A stretch of 64,000 nucleotides of DNA. Origin: Halobacteriovoraceae bacterium. GTDB taxonomy: Bacteria; Bdellovibrionota; Bacteriovoracia; Bacteriovoracales; Bacteriovoracaceae. The notes beneath the pieces were generated by a model. It was not told where the DNA came from. It made no database searches and was given only the letters and a program-made list of their open reading frames with translations. Shown here piece after piece: positions 54,487 to 64,000 of the stretch (positions are counted from its first letter, which is position 1; every line of letters starts with the position of its first letter). The DNA is taken from NCBI GenBank assembly GCA_963719505.1, contig CAVRCF010000005.1, positions 352,001 through 416,000 on the forward strand. Direction: 5' to 3'. The position numbers and the translations under genes were made by a program.

Positions 54487-55593
54487 TTAAAAAAGAACTA
54501 AAACACCAGCTGTTACACTTATTGTATGCGCGTCGTTGATTTCATCAGTAAGCTCTCTTAGTCTTGTTTGATCAAATCCTTCAACATTATTTTCTTGATT
54601 ACCAAAACTTGATCCAAGTGCCTTTGAGTATTGTAACTCTAAGTTAAGACCAATACTTTTCGTAAAAAGAATTTCCGAACCAGCAAGTATTCTTGCACTG
54701 ATTGAGTTTGCTGTAACTTCTTCGTCACCAAATTGGTTATTAAAACCTTGGTAGTCAATATTAGCTCCTCTGTTATCTGAATAAACAGAGTTTGTTCTAT
54801 TGTAAGCCATACCAGCACCGATATAAGGTCTAAATCTCTCAGTCTTAGTGATAAAGAACTTCGAGTAAAGGTCAAAGTTGATGTTTGTATATTCAACTTC
54901 CCTACCACCAGTAAAGGCTTGGTTATATCTTCTTTGGAAATCAGGAGTATATCCCTGGTATCCATTTGCAAAGTCAGTTGTTTGAAGAGTTGAGTAGTTG
55001 AAACCAAGACCGACTGAGATTCTTTCAGATACATCTGACTCTACTCTCATACCGATGTTGATACTTCCTTCAAGATCTTCATTCTCACTTTGAACACTTG
55101 TAATCCCAGCATATGGAAGAAGCTTAATAACATCTCCCATCTTTGTTGGAGTTTGAACTTCGTGAACAACTTGAGGTGCCGCTTGACCTGTCGATACAGA
55201 GTCTTGCTTTCTCTTTACATATTCGTCACAGTCTTTTCCTGGATTTTCTTCCATTAGACATTCAATCTTCTTATTATATTTAGCAATTGTTTGCTGAGAC
55301 TCTTTTCTTTCTTCGATCATCTCTTCAGTGACCTCCGCAAGTTTCTCAGTAGATCTTCCAAGTTTGTTGTAAGTCTTTGACTTCTCCTTGTTGATCTTGA
55401 TTGCACTTTTTTGATTTCTTAATTCACCTCTTACTTTTTCAAGTTCGTGATCTGTCGCATTTGGCTCAGTCACATATCCGTTGATGTCGATAGGATCTGA
55501 GTTTAATACAGCGTCATTTGCGATTGCCCCTACAAATGATGATGAGATCACTGACAAGCTTAAAAATAACTTGATCATAGATTTCGTTTTCAT
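54487..55593 (-). CDS. Outer-membrane beta-barrel protein (OmpW/OMP_b-brl-like) with N-terminal coiled coil
   Basis: Signal peptide; ~70-aa coiled coil with a Cys pair; RPYIGAG strand; C-terminal Phe. Confidence 0.75.
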   Translation of the reverse strand: MKTKSMIKLFLSLSVISSSFVGAIANDAVLNSDPIDINGYVTEPNATDHELEKVRGELRNQKSAIKINKEKSKTYNKLGRSTEKLAEVTEEMIEERKESQQTIAKYNKKIECLMEENPGKDCDEYVKRKQDSVSTGQAAPQVVHEVQTPTKMGDVIKLLPYAGITSVQSENEDLEGSINIGMRVESDVSERISVGLGFNYSTLQTTDFANGYQGYTPDFQRRYNQAFTGGREVEYTNINFDLYSKFFITKTERFRPYIGAGMAYNRTNSVYSDNRGANIDYQGFNNQFGDEEVTANSISARILAGSEILFTKSIGLNLELQYSKALGSSFGNQENNVEGFDQTRLRELTDEINDAHTISVTAGVLVLF

Positions 55594-55736
55594 GTTAATT
55601 CTCCTCGTTTGGCTTTATGCCATAAATATTCTTTACAAATGAATGGTAACAAGGAATTGTGACGCACTACAGCAAAAGCTCGATAGCATGTAATTATTAC
55701 ACTAATCGACTCAACTACCAATGTAAAAACAATAAC

Positions 55737-55961
55737 TTAGCGTCTAAGGATAAATCTTTTATATTGAAATTGCCCATTTCCACTGTTTCCGAAGGTCGTT
55801 GAAAGGGCTCCGAGGTACTCATTAATCACTGAATCTGGGTTTGATACGAGATAGGCTTCGATATTTTTAAAGAGTGTCGTTGAGATAATAGCAATAACTG
55901 ATAGAAGAAGAATATATTCTACTGAAGTCTGGCCTTTATCTTTTAGAATCTTCTTAACCAT
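55737..55961 (-). CDS. Flp/Tad-type pilin-like protein (class III signal peptide)
   Basis: KDKG|QTSVEYILLL prepilin motif with E+5/Y+6, then a hydrophobic helix. Confidence 0.7.
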   Translation of the reverse strand: MVKKILKDKGQTSVEYILLLSVIAIISTTLFKNIEAYLVSNPDSVINEYLGALSTTFGNSGNGQFQYKRFILRR

Positions 55962-55972
55962 GACTTATTTTA

Positions 55973-57307
55973 TCACAGTTGTGCAATCTCCCAAAGGTAG
56001 GAATAGAGTCCCATAATTTGAACTCGAGAGTGAGAAAAGTTATGGGCATTTTCGACCTTTTCACCTGTTTTGACACAATAGAGGGAACTATTACTCGTTG
56101 ATCTTAAGTAGGCTTTTTTGTTGTTTGGAAGAATCTGATACCAAAAGCTGTCTCCTTGTCCAAATTCAACTTGACCTAAGAATTCTTCCTCATCTAGTCC
56201 AGGAAGAAAGAATGTCAAAGAATTGAAGACAGAGACTGCTGCCTTTTTATAATAAAAGCTTGGTTTTGTTCCCAATTCACTAGCAAAGGAGTACCTGGCC
56301 GTCATGATTCCCGTTGAGGAAATATCCATCTCGAAATGAGGAAAATCGGTACCAAGGCTATCAATTGAGGAGGAAATTATTCTCTTATTTGTATAAAAGT
56401 TTAAGATATCATGTGACAAAGGAGCCCTTAAACTGATGGAGTCATATTCTATTGGTTCAAACCTTTCAGCCAAAAACATATCTTCCCGAAGCTTAGTGAA
56501 AACATATAACTGCTTTGCTTTGATGATGCCATCCATACTTGCGAGTTCAACATATTCTAGCTTGTTTTTATAAATCTCAATGGAGCTAATACTGGTTTTG
56601 GAGATGCTTCCCCCCAAGCTTTTAAATTCAAAATTTAAGTCGTTCATTAAAGTATCGACATCAAGGCTATATCTTGGGGAAAGAATTGAGGTTAACAGAT
56701 AACGAGATCCATCTTCGTCCTTTAGGTTTGAAAAAAAACTTTGAAAAAGGACTTGAAGGACGTAGTGAAGTTGCTCAGAGACAATGGAGTGACTATCTAA
56801 AAAGGAGAGAAACTGATCATAAATGATCTTTAATGATGACTGATTAATAGAAAAGTCTTTATTAATTCCAATGAGCTCAAGTCTGGCCGTAATATCGTCG
56901 AGAAAAATTGAGCAGTCTTTGTTGAACTGTTCTTCACCAAACTTCTCCAAGGTCTCAACCAAGTCAATGGGAAAGCACTGGGGAAGCTTTCTCGAGAGCT
57001 CTCTAATATTTGCGAAAGGGCTTTGACCAAATTCAATAAGCACCTCATCCAACTTTAATAGAGTATTTGTTGGGATAAGGTAATTATTAATCTCTTTTAG
57101 AGATTGGACATTATATTTTTGACCAATATTGTAGAGAGATCGCTTCTCGACCTCTCCCAAATTTTTATGCCAAAGTCCACCTAAAGAGCAATTCGGATCA
57201 TCGATAACAAGGACCGACTCCTTAGAGGCTTTAATCTTTAATATACCAAAGATGAGAGACAGATAGTTCTTGCCCAAAAGAATAGATTCAAATTTAGAAT
57301 TTAGCAT
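55973..57307 (-). CDS. Hypothetical protein, possibly a degenerate FAD-oxidoreductase fold
   Basis: ATG overlaps the upstream stop (TAATG). The N-terminus ILLGKNYLSL...VLVID mimics a Rossmann beta-alpha-beta without GxGxxG. Confidence 0.45.
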   Translation of the reverse strand: MLNSKFESILLGKNYLSLIFGILKIKASKESVLVIDDPNCSLGGLWHKNLGEVEKRSLYNIGQKYNVQSLKEINNYLIPTNTLLKLDEVLIEFGQSPFANIRELSRKLPQCFPIDLVETLEKFGEEQFNKDCSIFLDDITARLELIGINKDFSINQSSLKIIYDQFLSFLDSHSIVSEQLHYVLQVLFQSFFSNLKDEDGSRYLLTSILSPRYSLDVDTLMNDLNFEFKSLGGSISKTSISSIEIYKNKLEYVELASMDGIIKAKQLYVFTKLREDMFLAERFEPIEYDSISLRAPLSHDILNFYTNKRIISSSIDSLGTDFPHFEMDISSTGIMTARYSFASELGTKPSFYYKKAAVSVFNSLTFFLPGLDEEEFLGQVEFGQGDSFWYQILPNNKKAYLRSTSNSSLYCVKTGEKVENAHNFSHSRVQIMGLYSYLWEIAQL

Positions 57308-58539
57308 TAACCCAGTACCCATTTTATATAGCTTATATATTCAGAATCAATTGTAGATTTAAATTTATTCACTTTCTCGCAGTCTTCCCCAACAGCATTC
57401 AGACTATTATAAAAAGACTCTTTGTTTATAATTTTAATCCTATTTTTATCAATTGATAAAATCATATCATATTCAGTTGATTTTGAAACGCTTGGGCCAC
57501 AAAGAACAAATGAGCCAGATAAGAATGGCTCTAAAAGAGAGTGAACTGTACTTCGGAACCCACCTGCTATGTAGGAGAAGTCAAAAGACTGATAAAGCTC
57601 ACAAAGGATGCCCTTATAATCAATTATCGTGACGTTCTGGAGGCTTTTATCCTTTGAAAAAATACTGATCTCAGTTGCGAAAATATTTTCCAAAGTCCTA
57701 TAACACTCATCGATACTTTTTGAATCGAGAAGATGAGGAACGACACAGACTTGAAATTGATCGAAGAAATCTGGTGGGGGGTTTTGTAAAAATTGAGCTT
57801 CATCGGCCCAAAAGCTTCCCAGAATAATTTTCTTTCTTTTGTCTTGATTCAAGTTTTCTACTACTTTCTTTAAAACATCATTTTTCTCTACCTGATTAAT
57901 CCGAGAGAAAATCTGAAAGGGTCGAAAGTCGAAGGACTTAATATTGTCATGCTCAATACCTAAAGTTCTCACATTTCTTTTTTCGGTATCTGTTGCCATA
58001 AGGATCTTATCAAAAGAAGAATAAACCCATTTAAAATATATTTTTTTCAGTTTGCTTGGATTCGCTATGAATTTTTTTAGGGAACCGGATATAAGAATAA
58101 ATTCTTTGTTTTTTGCACAATCGATAATTTCAGGAAAAAAGTCATATCGAGTTAAGACAAAGCGCTTAGCACTCACCCAATTTTTAACAAAGCTTCTGCC
58201 AAAAGGCGTGAAGCTTACAATGGGAAGACATAGAACTCTTATCTGGTCAGGGTAAGCACGTTGTAACTTCTCCACTGCACCATAGACACTGTCAGAACTA
58301 AAGAGAAGCTCTATCTTATCCCCTCTTTGTAAAGAGTACTGAATAAGGGGTTTAACCAGCTCGAGTTCACCTTCGGATGAAAACTCAAAAGCTGTGTCAA
58401 AGTTTCCTTTTGCCAGAGGTCCTAATTTTTGATTTATCGCCCTTTCAAAAACAAATCTCTTTCTGATTTTTTTATTAAACAGGCAAAGAAAACAAATGAG
58501 AGGATAGAGGGCCAGTCTCAACAGGTAATAAAAAGTCAT
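57307..58539 (-). CDS. waaA: Kdo transferase (WaaA/KdtA)-like, divergent
   Basis: SSEGE (cf. SVGE), RYDFFP, LGSFW, GILCELY, GGF..VHSLLEP; adjacent to a GT9 gene. Confidence 0.7.
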   Translation of the reverse strand: MTFYYLLRLALYPLICFLCLFNKKIRKRFVFERAINQKLGPLAKGNFDTAFEFSSEGELELVKPLIQYSLQRGDKIELLFSSDSVYGAVEKLQRAYPDQIRVLCLPIVSFTPFGRSFVKNWVSAKRFVLTRYDFFPEIIDCAKNKEFILISGSLKKFIANPSKLKKIYFKWVYSSFDKILMATDTEKRNVRTLGIEHDNIKSFDFRPFQIFSRINQVEKNDVLKKVVENLNQDKRKKIILGSFWADEAQFLQNPPPDFFDQFQVCVVPHLLDSKSIDECYRTLENIFATEISIFSKDKSLQNVTIIDYKGILCELYQSFDFSYIAGGFRSTVHSLLEPFLSGSFVLCGPSVSKSTEYDMILSIDKNRIKIINKESFYNSLNAVGEDCEKVNKFKSTIDSEYISYIKWVLG

Positions 58540-59525
58540 AGGATCATCTCCAACACTTTTTCAAATACCTGCTCAGGTGTAATCTCTTCCATGCAGTATT
58601 GTCTTTTTCTAAAACATTTTTTTGAGCCCGTACCTGAACAGGGACGACACCATAATTGTTTCGACATAGAAGCTGATTTTTTCATAAAGGGGCCAAACCC
58701 TAGGTCCTCATGAGTTGGGCCAAAGATAGCAAGACTTGGCACATTATAGGCTTCCGCGATATGTCCCATCCCTGTGTCGTTGCCGATGACAATTTTAGAG
58801 TTCTCAATTAACGAGGCACTCTCCTTCAGTGAGGTTTTACCTTTCATATTGAGAAAACGTGTCTCATAAGTTGAAAGCTCGTTAAGCTCATCGACATAAT
58901 CATCACTGGGTCCGGCCACAACCACGACCCTATATTGACTTAATTGCTCACTATTAAGAATGAGGACGATGAGGGATTTAAAATACCTAAGAGGCCATCT
59001 TTTTGGTGCAAAAGAAGCAATCGGCGCAATGATAATATCCTGCACTTTGCTTTCACTTTTAGAAAAACTTCCTATTGAAGTCACAGCGGTTTTTCTAAAA
59101 AGTGACTTGAGATCAAGCTGTAAACGCTTATGATGGGAAGGCGTATTTTTAAGAAAATTTATTTTTGTTTTGATAAAGAAAAACCTCTCGATTCTTCTTT
59201 TATCGAGATTAAAACAAGGAATTGACCAGTTCATTAATTTAAAAATAAATGAACGAGTGGTTCCGTGAAGATCAATAATAAAATCAATCTTTTTTGTGCT
59301 CCCAATCTCTTGTCCCAATTTTTTGAGAGCCGCAAAGTCATTTTTCTGTTTTTCAAAGCCAATAACACGATCGATAGATTCCTGCCCCTCTAGAAGTGTC
59401 GCAAAAGGCTTGAGCGTGATAAAAGTGATAAAACAATTTGGATAGTTCATTTTTAAACTATTAGCGAAAGCTGTTTGAATAACGACATCACCAAGGCTTG
59501 AGAAACGAGTAAGAACAATATGCAC
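58536..59525 (-). CDS. Glycosyltransferase family 9 (LPS heptosyltransferase-like)
   Basis: RFSSLGDVV, IDLH, KRWP, GNDTGMGHIA, FGPT, CRPC. Confidence 0.88.
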   Translation of the reverse strand: MHIVLTRFSSLGDVVIQTAFANSLKMNYPNCFITFITLKPFATLLEGQESIDRVIGFEKQKNDFAALKKLGQEIGSTKKIDFIIDLHGTTRSFIFKLMNWSIPCFNLDKRRIERFFFIKTKINFLKNTPSHHKRLQLDLKSLFRKTAVTSIGSFSKSESKVQDIIIAPIASFAPKRWPLRYFKSLIVLILNSEQLSQYRVVVVAGPSDDYVDELNELSTYETRFLNMKGKTSLKESASLIENSKIVIGNDTGMGHIAEAYNVPSLAIFGPTHEDLGFGPFMKKSASMSKQLWCRPCSGTGSKKCFRKRQYCMEEITPEQVFEKVLEMIL

Positions 59526-60499
59526 TAGAGATCAAGCCTTGCAAATTCTTCACTGAAGTAGCTCAAAATAATATCGGCTCCCGCTCTTTTAAAACCAGTT
59601 AACATCTCGACCATAATACTTTCACCATCAATCCAGCCTCTTTCAGCTGCTGCCTTAACCATTGCATACTCTCCACTCACGTTGTAAGCGGCAACGGGTA
59701 AGGTGGTGTTCATTTTAAGTTTTTGAATAACGTCGAGGTAGCATAGCCCTGGCTTAACCATAACAATGTCAGCCCCTTCACTCTCATCTAAAAATAATTC
59801 TCTAAGAGCTTCAGTCGAGTTTGCATAGTCCATTTGGTAGGTCTTTTTATCTCCAGCTTTTGGAGCTGAATCCAAAGCATCTCTAAAAGGTCCATAAAAA
59901 CTTGATGCGTATTTAGCTGTATAGGCCATTATTTGAGTATTATAAAATCCCTCGCCCTCAATTAACTCTCGAATAAAACCTATACGACCATCCATCATGT
60001 CACTTGGTCCAAGAATATCACTTCCGGCTTGGGCTTGTGCCATGGCCATTTTTCCCAAGACTTCAAGTGTCTCATCGTTAAGAATCTCACCTTTATCGCT
60101 GACCAGTCCATCGTGGCCATCGATTGAATAAGGATCAAGAGCGATATCTGTCATGACTAAAATATCAGGACACGCATTCTTTACTTCCTTAATGGCCCTT
60201 TGATTAAGGCCGTCAGGATTATAAGACTCTTTGGCAGATTTGCACTTCAAGTTTTCATCCACCGCAGGAAAAAGCGAGACACATTTTATTCCCAGGGCTT
60301 CTAGTTCCTTAACTTTTTTCACAAGCTGATCTAAGGAGTATCTAAATTGGCCTGGCATCGAGGAAATCTCTATTCTTTGATCTTTACCTTCAATAAAAAA
60401 TAAAGGAGCGATAAGATCATCGACAGAAACTCTATTTTCCGCAATCAATCTTCTGGTGGCAGCGTTTTTTCTATTTCGTCTAGGTCTAGATATCTGCAT
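59525..60499 (-). CDS. hemB: Porphobilinogen synthase (ALA dehydratase)
   Basis: RPRRNR, DIALDPYSIDGHDG (Asp-rich, non-Zn type), SDMMDGRI, YGPFRDA, MVKPG, YNVSGEY. Confidence 0.96.
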   Translation of the reverse strand: MQISRPRRNRKNAATRRLIAENRVSVDDLIAPLFFIEGKDQRIEISSMPGQFRYSLDQLVKKVKELEALGIKCVSLFPAVDENLKCKSAKESYNPDGLNQRAIKEVKNACPDILVMTDIALDPYSIDGHDGLVSDKGEILNDETLEVLGKMAMAQAQAGSDILGPSDMMDGRIGFIRELIEGEGFYNTQIMAYTAKYASSFYGPFRDALDSAPKAGDKKTYQMDYANSTEALRELFLDESEGADIVMVKPGLCYLDVIQKLKMNTTLPVAAYNVSGEYAMVKAAAERGWIDGESIMVEMLTGFKRAGADIILSYFSEEFARLDL

Positions 60500-60932
60500 C
60501 TTCCACTCCTTTAGAAATCAGCGACTGAAATAATGAAGCATATGTTTGGATCTGTTTAACCATTGAGCGCAGCCCGTTGGTTCTGTTCAAAGATAAATGA
60601 TCAGTGATGCCAATGTTCGTTAGAAACTTTGGCGGATGAGAGAGAATTTCATTTGGCGTTGAATCGGAGTAAGCCTCAAGAAGAATTCCTATAATTCCTT
60701 TGACCAATATAGCGTCACTGTCGGCCTGAAAAACCGCTCTACCTTTAACCAAGTTTGGCTTTAACCACACTTTTGACTGGCAGCCTTTCACTTCATATTT
60801 TGATACTTGATTTTTTTCATCTATTGCTGGCAGGTTCTTTCCCACCTTAATAAGTTCTCTATATTTATCTTCCCAATCAGAGTGAGCATTAAACTTTGCC
60901 TCAATCTGACTGATTCTCTCTTCTATAGACAT
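60486..60932 (-). CDS. sufE: SufE-family sulfur acceptor
   Basis: WEDKY, VKGCQSKVW, ADSDA..VKG, LS.NR.NG. ATG 60932 has a GAGG RBS. Confidence 0.9.
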   Translation of the reverse strand: MSIEERISQIEAKFNAHSDWEDKYRELIKVGKNLPAIDEKNQVSKYEVKGCQSKVWLKPNLVKGRAVFQADSDAILVKGIIGILLEAYSDSTPNEILSHPPKFLTNIGITDHLSLNRTNGLRSMVKQIQTYASLFQSLISKGVEDADI

Positions 60933-60999
60933 AGTCACCTCTTAGTTATTCTAAATAGTTACCATACTAGGCAAGAAATTCATACCTAATAGATCATCT

Positions 61000-61027
61000 T
61001 AAAGCTAAAGCGTTATTTTGCCGAAAA
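61000..61027 (+). promoter_or_regulatory. Possible sigma28-type promoter for the GYF-domain gene
   Basis: TAAAG-15 nt-GCCGAAAA, ~31 nt before ATG 61059. Confidence 0.5.
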
Positions 61028-61058
61028 CTTAATTAAGGTAAAACGACACGGAGACGTT

Positions 61059-62246
61059 ATGAGTAAGAAAAACCCACTTTTGAACATTGAACCACTGAGC
61101 CCAGAGTTTATTGCTGAGCATAAAGTTGAGTTATTCGATACTTGGATGATTAAGGACGACAAAGGAAACTCTTTTGGACCTTTTCAAACAGACACTCTTC
61201 GAGAAACAGCTGCTGTTGATCAGGACTTCTTTGAATCCGTGACAGCTTTTAACTACGCTACGGAAAAAGAGAAACCTTTTTATCAAAATACAAAATTTCA
61301 AAGAAGAAAACCCAAGCTAGTCTCACTCCAAGGAGTTGAGAGCACAGATGAGTTCTATCTTCTTATAAAAGGCGTTAAAAAAGGTCCCTATAGTTTAGCT
61401 GAAGTTAAAGAGATGGCCCAAAAAAGAGAAATTGCCCTCAATATCATGGCTTCTATGGATAAAGGTCAATCGTGGATAAAACTATTTGAGCACCATGAGT
61501 TTGATAGAAGACTTTTAAAAAACAAAGAAGAACTTCCCTTTTCGCCAAATGAAAGTGAACTCTCAAAAGTTCCTCAAAATAAAGTGAATAAATCCAACGA
61601 AGCTGATGAAGCTCTTGTAGGACTGGCTTTTATAGGCCGAGGAAACGATAGAGGTCAAAAAATTAAGCCCATATCGAGCACTTCGACAAACGAAGCCCCA
61701 ACAAGCACTCAACATTCAGTTTCTTTTACCTTCTCTAAAAGAGCAAAAATTGGATCGGCGATTGCTGCAATGCTGGTCATGGTTATGGTTGGCTTTAATA
61801 CTATGAATTCAACATTTGATAAAACACCTGAAACATATTCAAAAGCCCAAGCTCCAAAGGTCAATAACAGCGTTGTCACGAAAGTAGAGAAAGTGCAGCC
61901 CGTTCAAAGAAAACCTGCCCAGGCCATTCAAGCAAAAAAATACCAACCAATTAAGAAGAAACGAATCTATAAACCCACTCGTAATACTTCTCCACCAAGA
62001 CCAGTGGAAGTTTACAGAGAAGTTCATACTGACGATGAGCGTTACGACACAGTCGATCTAGATGATCCAAGACAAAAAGAAGACCTAACGAGAAGCCTCG
62101 CTGGAGACTTTGGAAATGATCAACTTTCTGAAGAGGAACTTGAGTTTATTGAAAGAGCAGAAAATGGTGAATTAAGCGAAAAAGAGATGGATAGCTATAA
62201 AACTTATCTCGATCAAAAAAGAGGCGAATTCGACGAATTTGATTAA
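61059..62246 (+). CDS. Single-pass membrane protein with tandem GYF_2 (DUF4339)-like domains
   Basis: WMI....FGPF and FYL...KKGPYSL.E......W motifs; one TM; low-complexity and acidic C-terminus. Confidence 0.6.
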   Translation: MSKKNPLLNIEPLSPEFIAEHKVELFDTWMIKDDKGNSFGPFQTDTLRETAAVDQDFFESVTAFNYATEKEKPFYQNTKFQRRKPKLVSLQGVESTDEFYLLIKGVKKGPYSLAEVKEMAQKREIALNIMASMDKGQSWIKLFEHHEFDRRLLKNKEELPFSPNESELSKVPQNKVNKSNEADEALVGLAFIGRGNDRGQKIKPISSTSTNEAPTSTQHSVSFTFSKRAKIGSAIAAMLVMVMVGFNTMNSTFDKTPETYSKAQAPKVNNSVVTKVEKVQPVQRKPAQAIQAKKYQPIKKKRIYKPTRNTSPPRPVEVYREVHTDDERYDTVDLDDPRQKEDLTRSLAGDFGNDQLSEEELEFIERAENGELSEKEMDSYKTYLDQKRGEFDEFD

Positions 62247-62281
62247 TTTCCAAAGCATTTTCATCGTGATACCTTTTCACG

Positions 62282-62968
62282 ATGAAAACCATGATCGACC
62301 AAGAACTACTCAAGAATTTTCAAAGTGAAAATTACAACAACTCATTTTTATTGAGTTTTGAAGGGATTGAAGGTTCTGGAAAGTCGACTCAAATCAAAAA
62401 ATTAACGTCAATTATTCAAAACTCCAACTACGAAGTCTCTTACTTTAGAGAACCCGGTGGAACCAAATTTGGTGAAAAACTTAGAACTGCGATCCTTGAG
62501 AGCGACTCTCCTATTAATCCACTGGCAGAAGCAAATCTCTTTGCGGCCTCAAGGGCCCAGCTGTTGGACCAAGTAGTCTTGCCTTTGCTCTCCAAACCAA
62601 ACCAAGTCGTCATTCTTGACCGCTTTATAGACAGCTCCTTGGCTTACCAAGGTCAAGCTCGTGGCCTAGGAGCAGATTGTATATTGGACCTCCACAAAAG
62701 AGCTCCCTTAAACACAACTCCTCATTGTACATTTTATTTAAAAATTGATTCAAAAACTTCCCTAGAGCGTCAAAGTTTAAGAGGAGAAGATAAAGACTAT
62801 TTTGAACGAGAGAATATTGATTTCTATAACAAACTTATCAAAGGATACGATCAAGCAGCGCAATTGTTTCCTCAAAGAATTGAAGTCATCGACGGATCAT
62901 TAGATGAAGAGTCTGTCTCATCTCAAATATTGATCGCATTAAAGAATAGAACAGGCCTTATTTTATGA
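62282..62968 (+). CDS. tmk: Thymidylate kinase
   Basis: FEGIEGSGKST, REPGG, DRFIDSSLAYQG. Confidence 0.95.
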   Translation: MKTMIDQELLKNFQSENYNNSFLLSFEGIEGSGKSTQIKKLTSIIQNSNYEVSYFREPGGTKFGEKLRTAILESDSPINPLAEANLFAASRAQLLDQVVLPLLSKPNQVVILDRFIDSSLAYQGQARGLGADCILDLHKRAPLNTTPHCTFYLKIDSKTSLERQSLRGEDKDYFERENIDFYNKLIKGYDQAAQLFPQRIEVIDGSLDEESVSSQILIALKNRTGLIL

Positions 62969-63711
62969 CCCCTTCAAAAGTCATTGAACATAAATTAAAA
63001 ATTGATACGCTTGGACACTTTTATCATATTACTCCCAGTAAAAGTTCCAGGGATACAGAGTTTTTAAAAAACTGGATTCTCAATATTCTATCAAAGGCGA
63101 TGAGTGATGAGAAAAAGAGCTTTGATACAAGTTCGATTCTTAATCATGAAGACCTTTTAATCATAAAATCCCAAGAGCAAAAGCCTTATAAACTTTCTGA
63201 CTTCAATGACTTTTTTAGTTTTCTCACCTATAAAGCTTCAAGGTTTAGTAGAAAAATTATTATTATAGAAGATGCAGATAAACTTGGGACTGGTGTTTCT
63301 AACAAATTGCTAAAATCCTTAGAAGAGCCTCCGGTAAAATGCACGATATTTTTACTCAACGAGCAAAAAGTCTCATTATTGGATACCGTTAGATCTCGGG
63401 CCATCAATATACGAGTGCCTAACTTAGATATCCAGACTCATTCAACAATGACTCTTGACTACGTAAACAAAATCAAAGAAGGCCTGGGCTTTGACGAGTT
63501 TGTTGCTGATTTCAAAGGCAATAAAGACTTAGAAAATGAACTATTCACAAGTCTTATGAGTTTTTCGGCCCAGAATATAAATAATGCGAAACTGCTAGAA
63601 AAAATTGATGCGGCAACTCAACAAACTTTTCAAGACCATGAATTTAATAATGCACCACTTAACAGACTCCACAAGATTTATTTTGTCTTGAAAGAATACA
63701 TTGACGGTTAA
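62965..63711 (+). CDS. holB: DNA polymerase III delta-prime-like, short and divergent
   Basis: IIIIEDAD..N.LLKSLEEPP..LL.TVRSR; follows tmk. Confidence 0.75.
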   Translation: MTPSKVIEHKLKIDTLGHFYHITPSKSSRDTEFLKNWILNILSKAMSDEKKSFDTSSILNHEDLLIIKSQEQKPYKLSDFNDFFSFLTYKASRFSRKIIIIEDADKLGTGVSNKLLKSLEEPPVKCTIFLLNEQKVSLLDTVRSRAINIRVPNLDIQTHSTMTLDYVNKIKEGLGFDEFVADFKGNKDLENELFTSLMSFSAQNINNAKLLEKIDAATQQTFQDHEFNNAPLNRLHKIYFVLKEYIDG

Positions 63712-63755
63712 CTAAAATAGTCTGAAAATAGTAACCTATCGAATTTAGGGAATTA

Positions 63756-64000
63756 ATGGAATCAAATATAGAAGAAAATACAGATTACACATCTGACAAT
63801 GATGAAACAACAGAAAGCAATAATCGCTATACGGAAGGGCAACTGCTCAAGTTTATTCGCGTGCGCTTTCCTGGACATGCGAAAAGCTATCCTTTTTTAA
63901 TTGGAAAAAGAAAGCTGATGTATGGTCAAAAAGTTATGGCCATGAGTGACCGCGGAATGGCCGTGGGATATATCAACTCATTTCCCTACGATGTTCCTTT
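63756..64000 (+). CDS. PSP1/YaaT (RicT)-family protein, 5' part only
   Basis: Hand translation MESNIEE...IRVRFPGHAKSYPF...GQKVMAMSDRGMAVGY; classic tmk-holB-yaaT synteny. Confidence 0.7.
   Translation, partial: MESNIEENTDYTSDNDETTESNNRYTEGQLLKFIRVRFPGHAKSYPFLIGKRKLMYGQKVMAMSDRGMAVGYINSFPYDVP

Noticed and set aside
997-62027. Many short ORFs antisense to or nested in long genes (e.g. 13368-13799, 15795-16112, 46399-46734, 54639-55034)
   Set aside because: They are shadow ORFs of well-supported genes, with no recognisable motifs.
62965-63711. holB as a pseudogene (no Walker A or zinc finger)
   Set aside because: The ORF is intact in conserved tmk-holB-yaaT order, and delta-prime is a non-catalytic, often divergent subunit.

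Overview
This 64-kb window is AT-rich bacterial chromosome. Its gene style (receiver-CheX fusion, GYF-domain membrane protein, orphan Flp-type pilin, many secreted hypotheticals, FliA-type promoters) suggests a predatory Bdellovibrionota (Bacteriovorax/Halobacteriovorax-like); that assignment is an inference. The main feature is a ~27-kb locus (6959-34114) in which a hybrid PKS/NRPS assembly line is interleaved with a Wzx/Wzy-type surface-polysaccharide pathway. The assembly line is a T-KS-AT-ACP-aminotransferase protein, a C-T-C-A(Gly)-T-TE protein and a PPTase directly abutting wza. The polysaccharide genes are a priming transferase, four GTs, flippase, ligase/polymerase, co-polymerase, a degenerate BY-kinase, wza, a deacetylase, a methyltransferase and a large secreted glycan-active protein. 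The PKS gene has a perfect sigma28 promoter and the polymerisation operon has a sigma54-type promoter with two palindromes. Next to the locus is a block of secreted/accessory genes: two atypical TolC-like paralogues plus a secreted partner, a GH74-like lipoprotein, a transglutaminase-elicitor-like protein and an SdpA/SdpB(HTTM)-like pair. The rest is largely housekeeping (ggt, mltD, atoE/scoAB, tex, tyrosine recombinase, lolE-like, fadJ/fadI, waaA/GT9, hemB, sufE, tmk-holB-yaaT). I recognised no tRNA, rRNA, CRISPR array or IS. All calls come from reading motifs; no searches were run.
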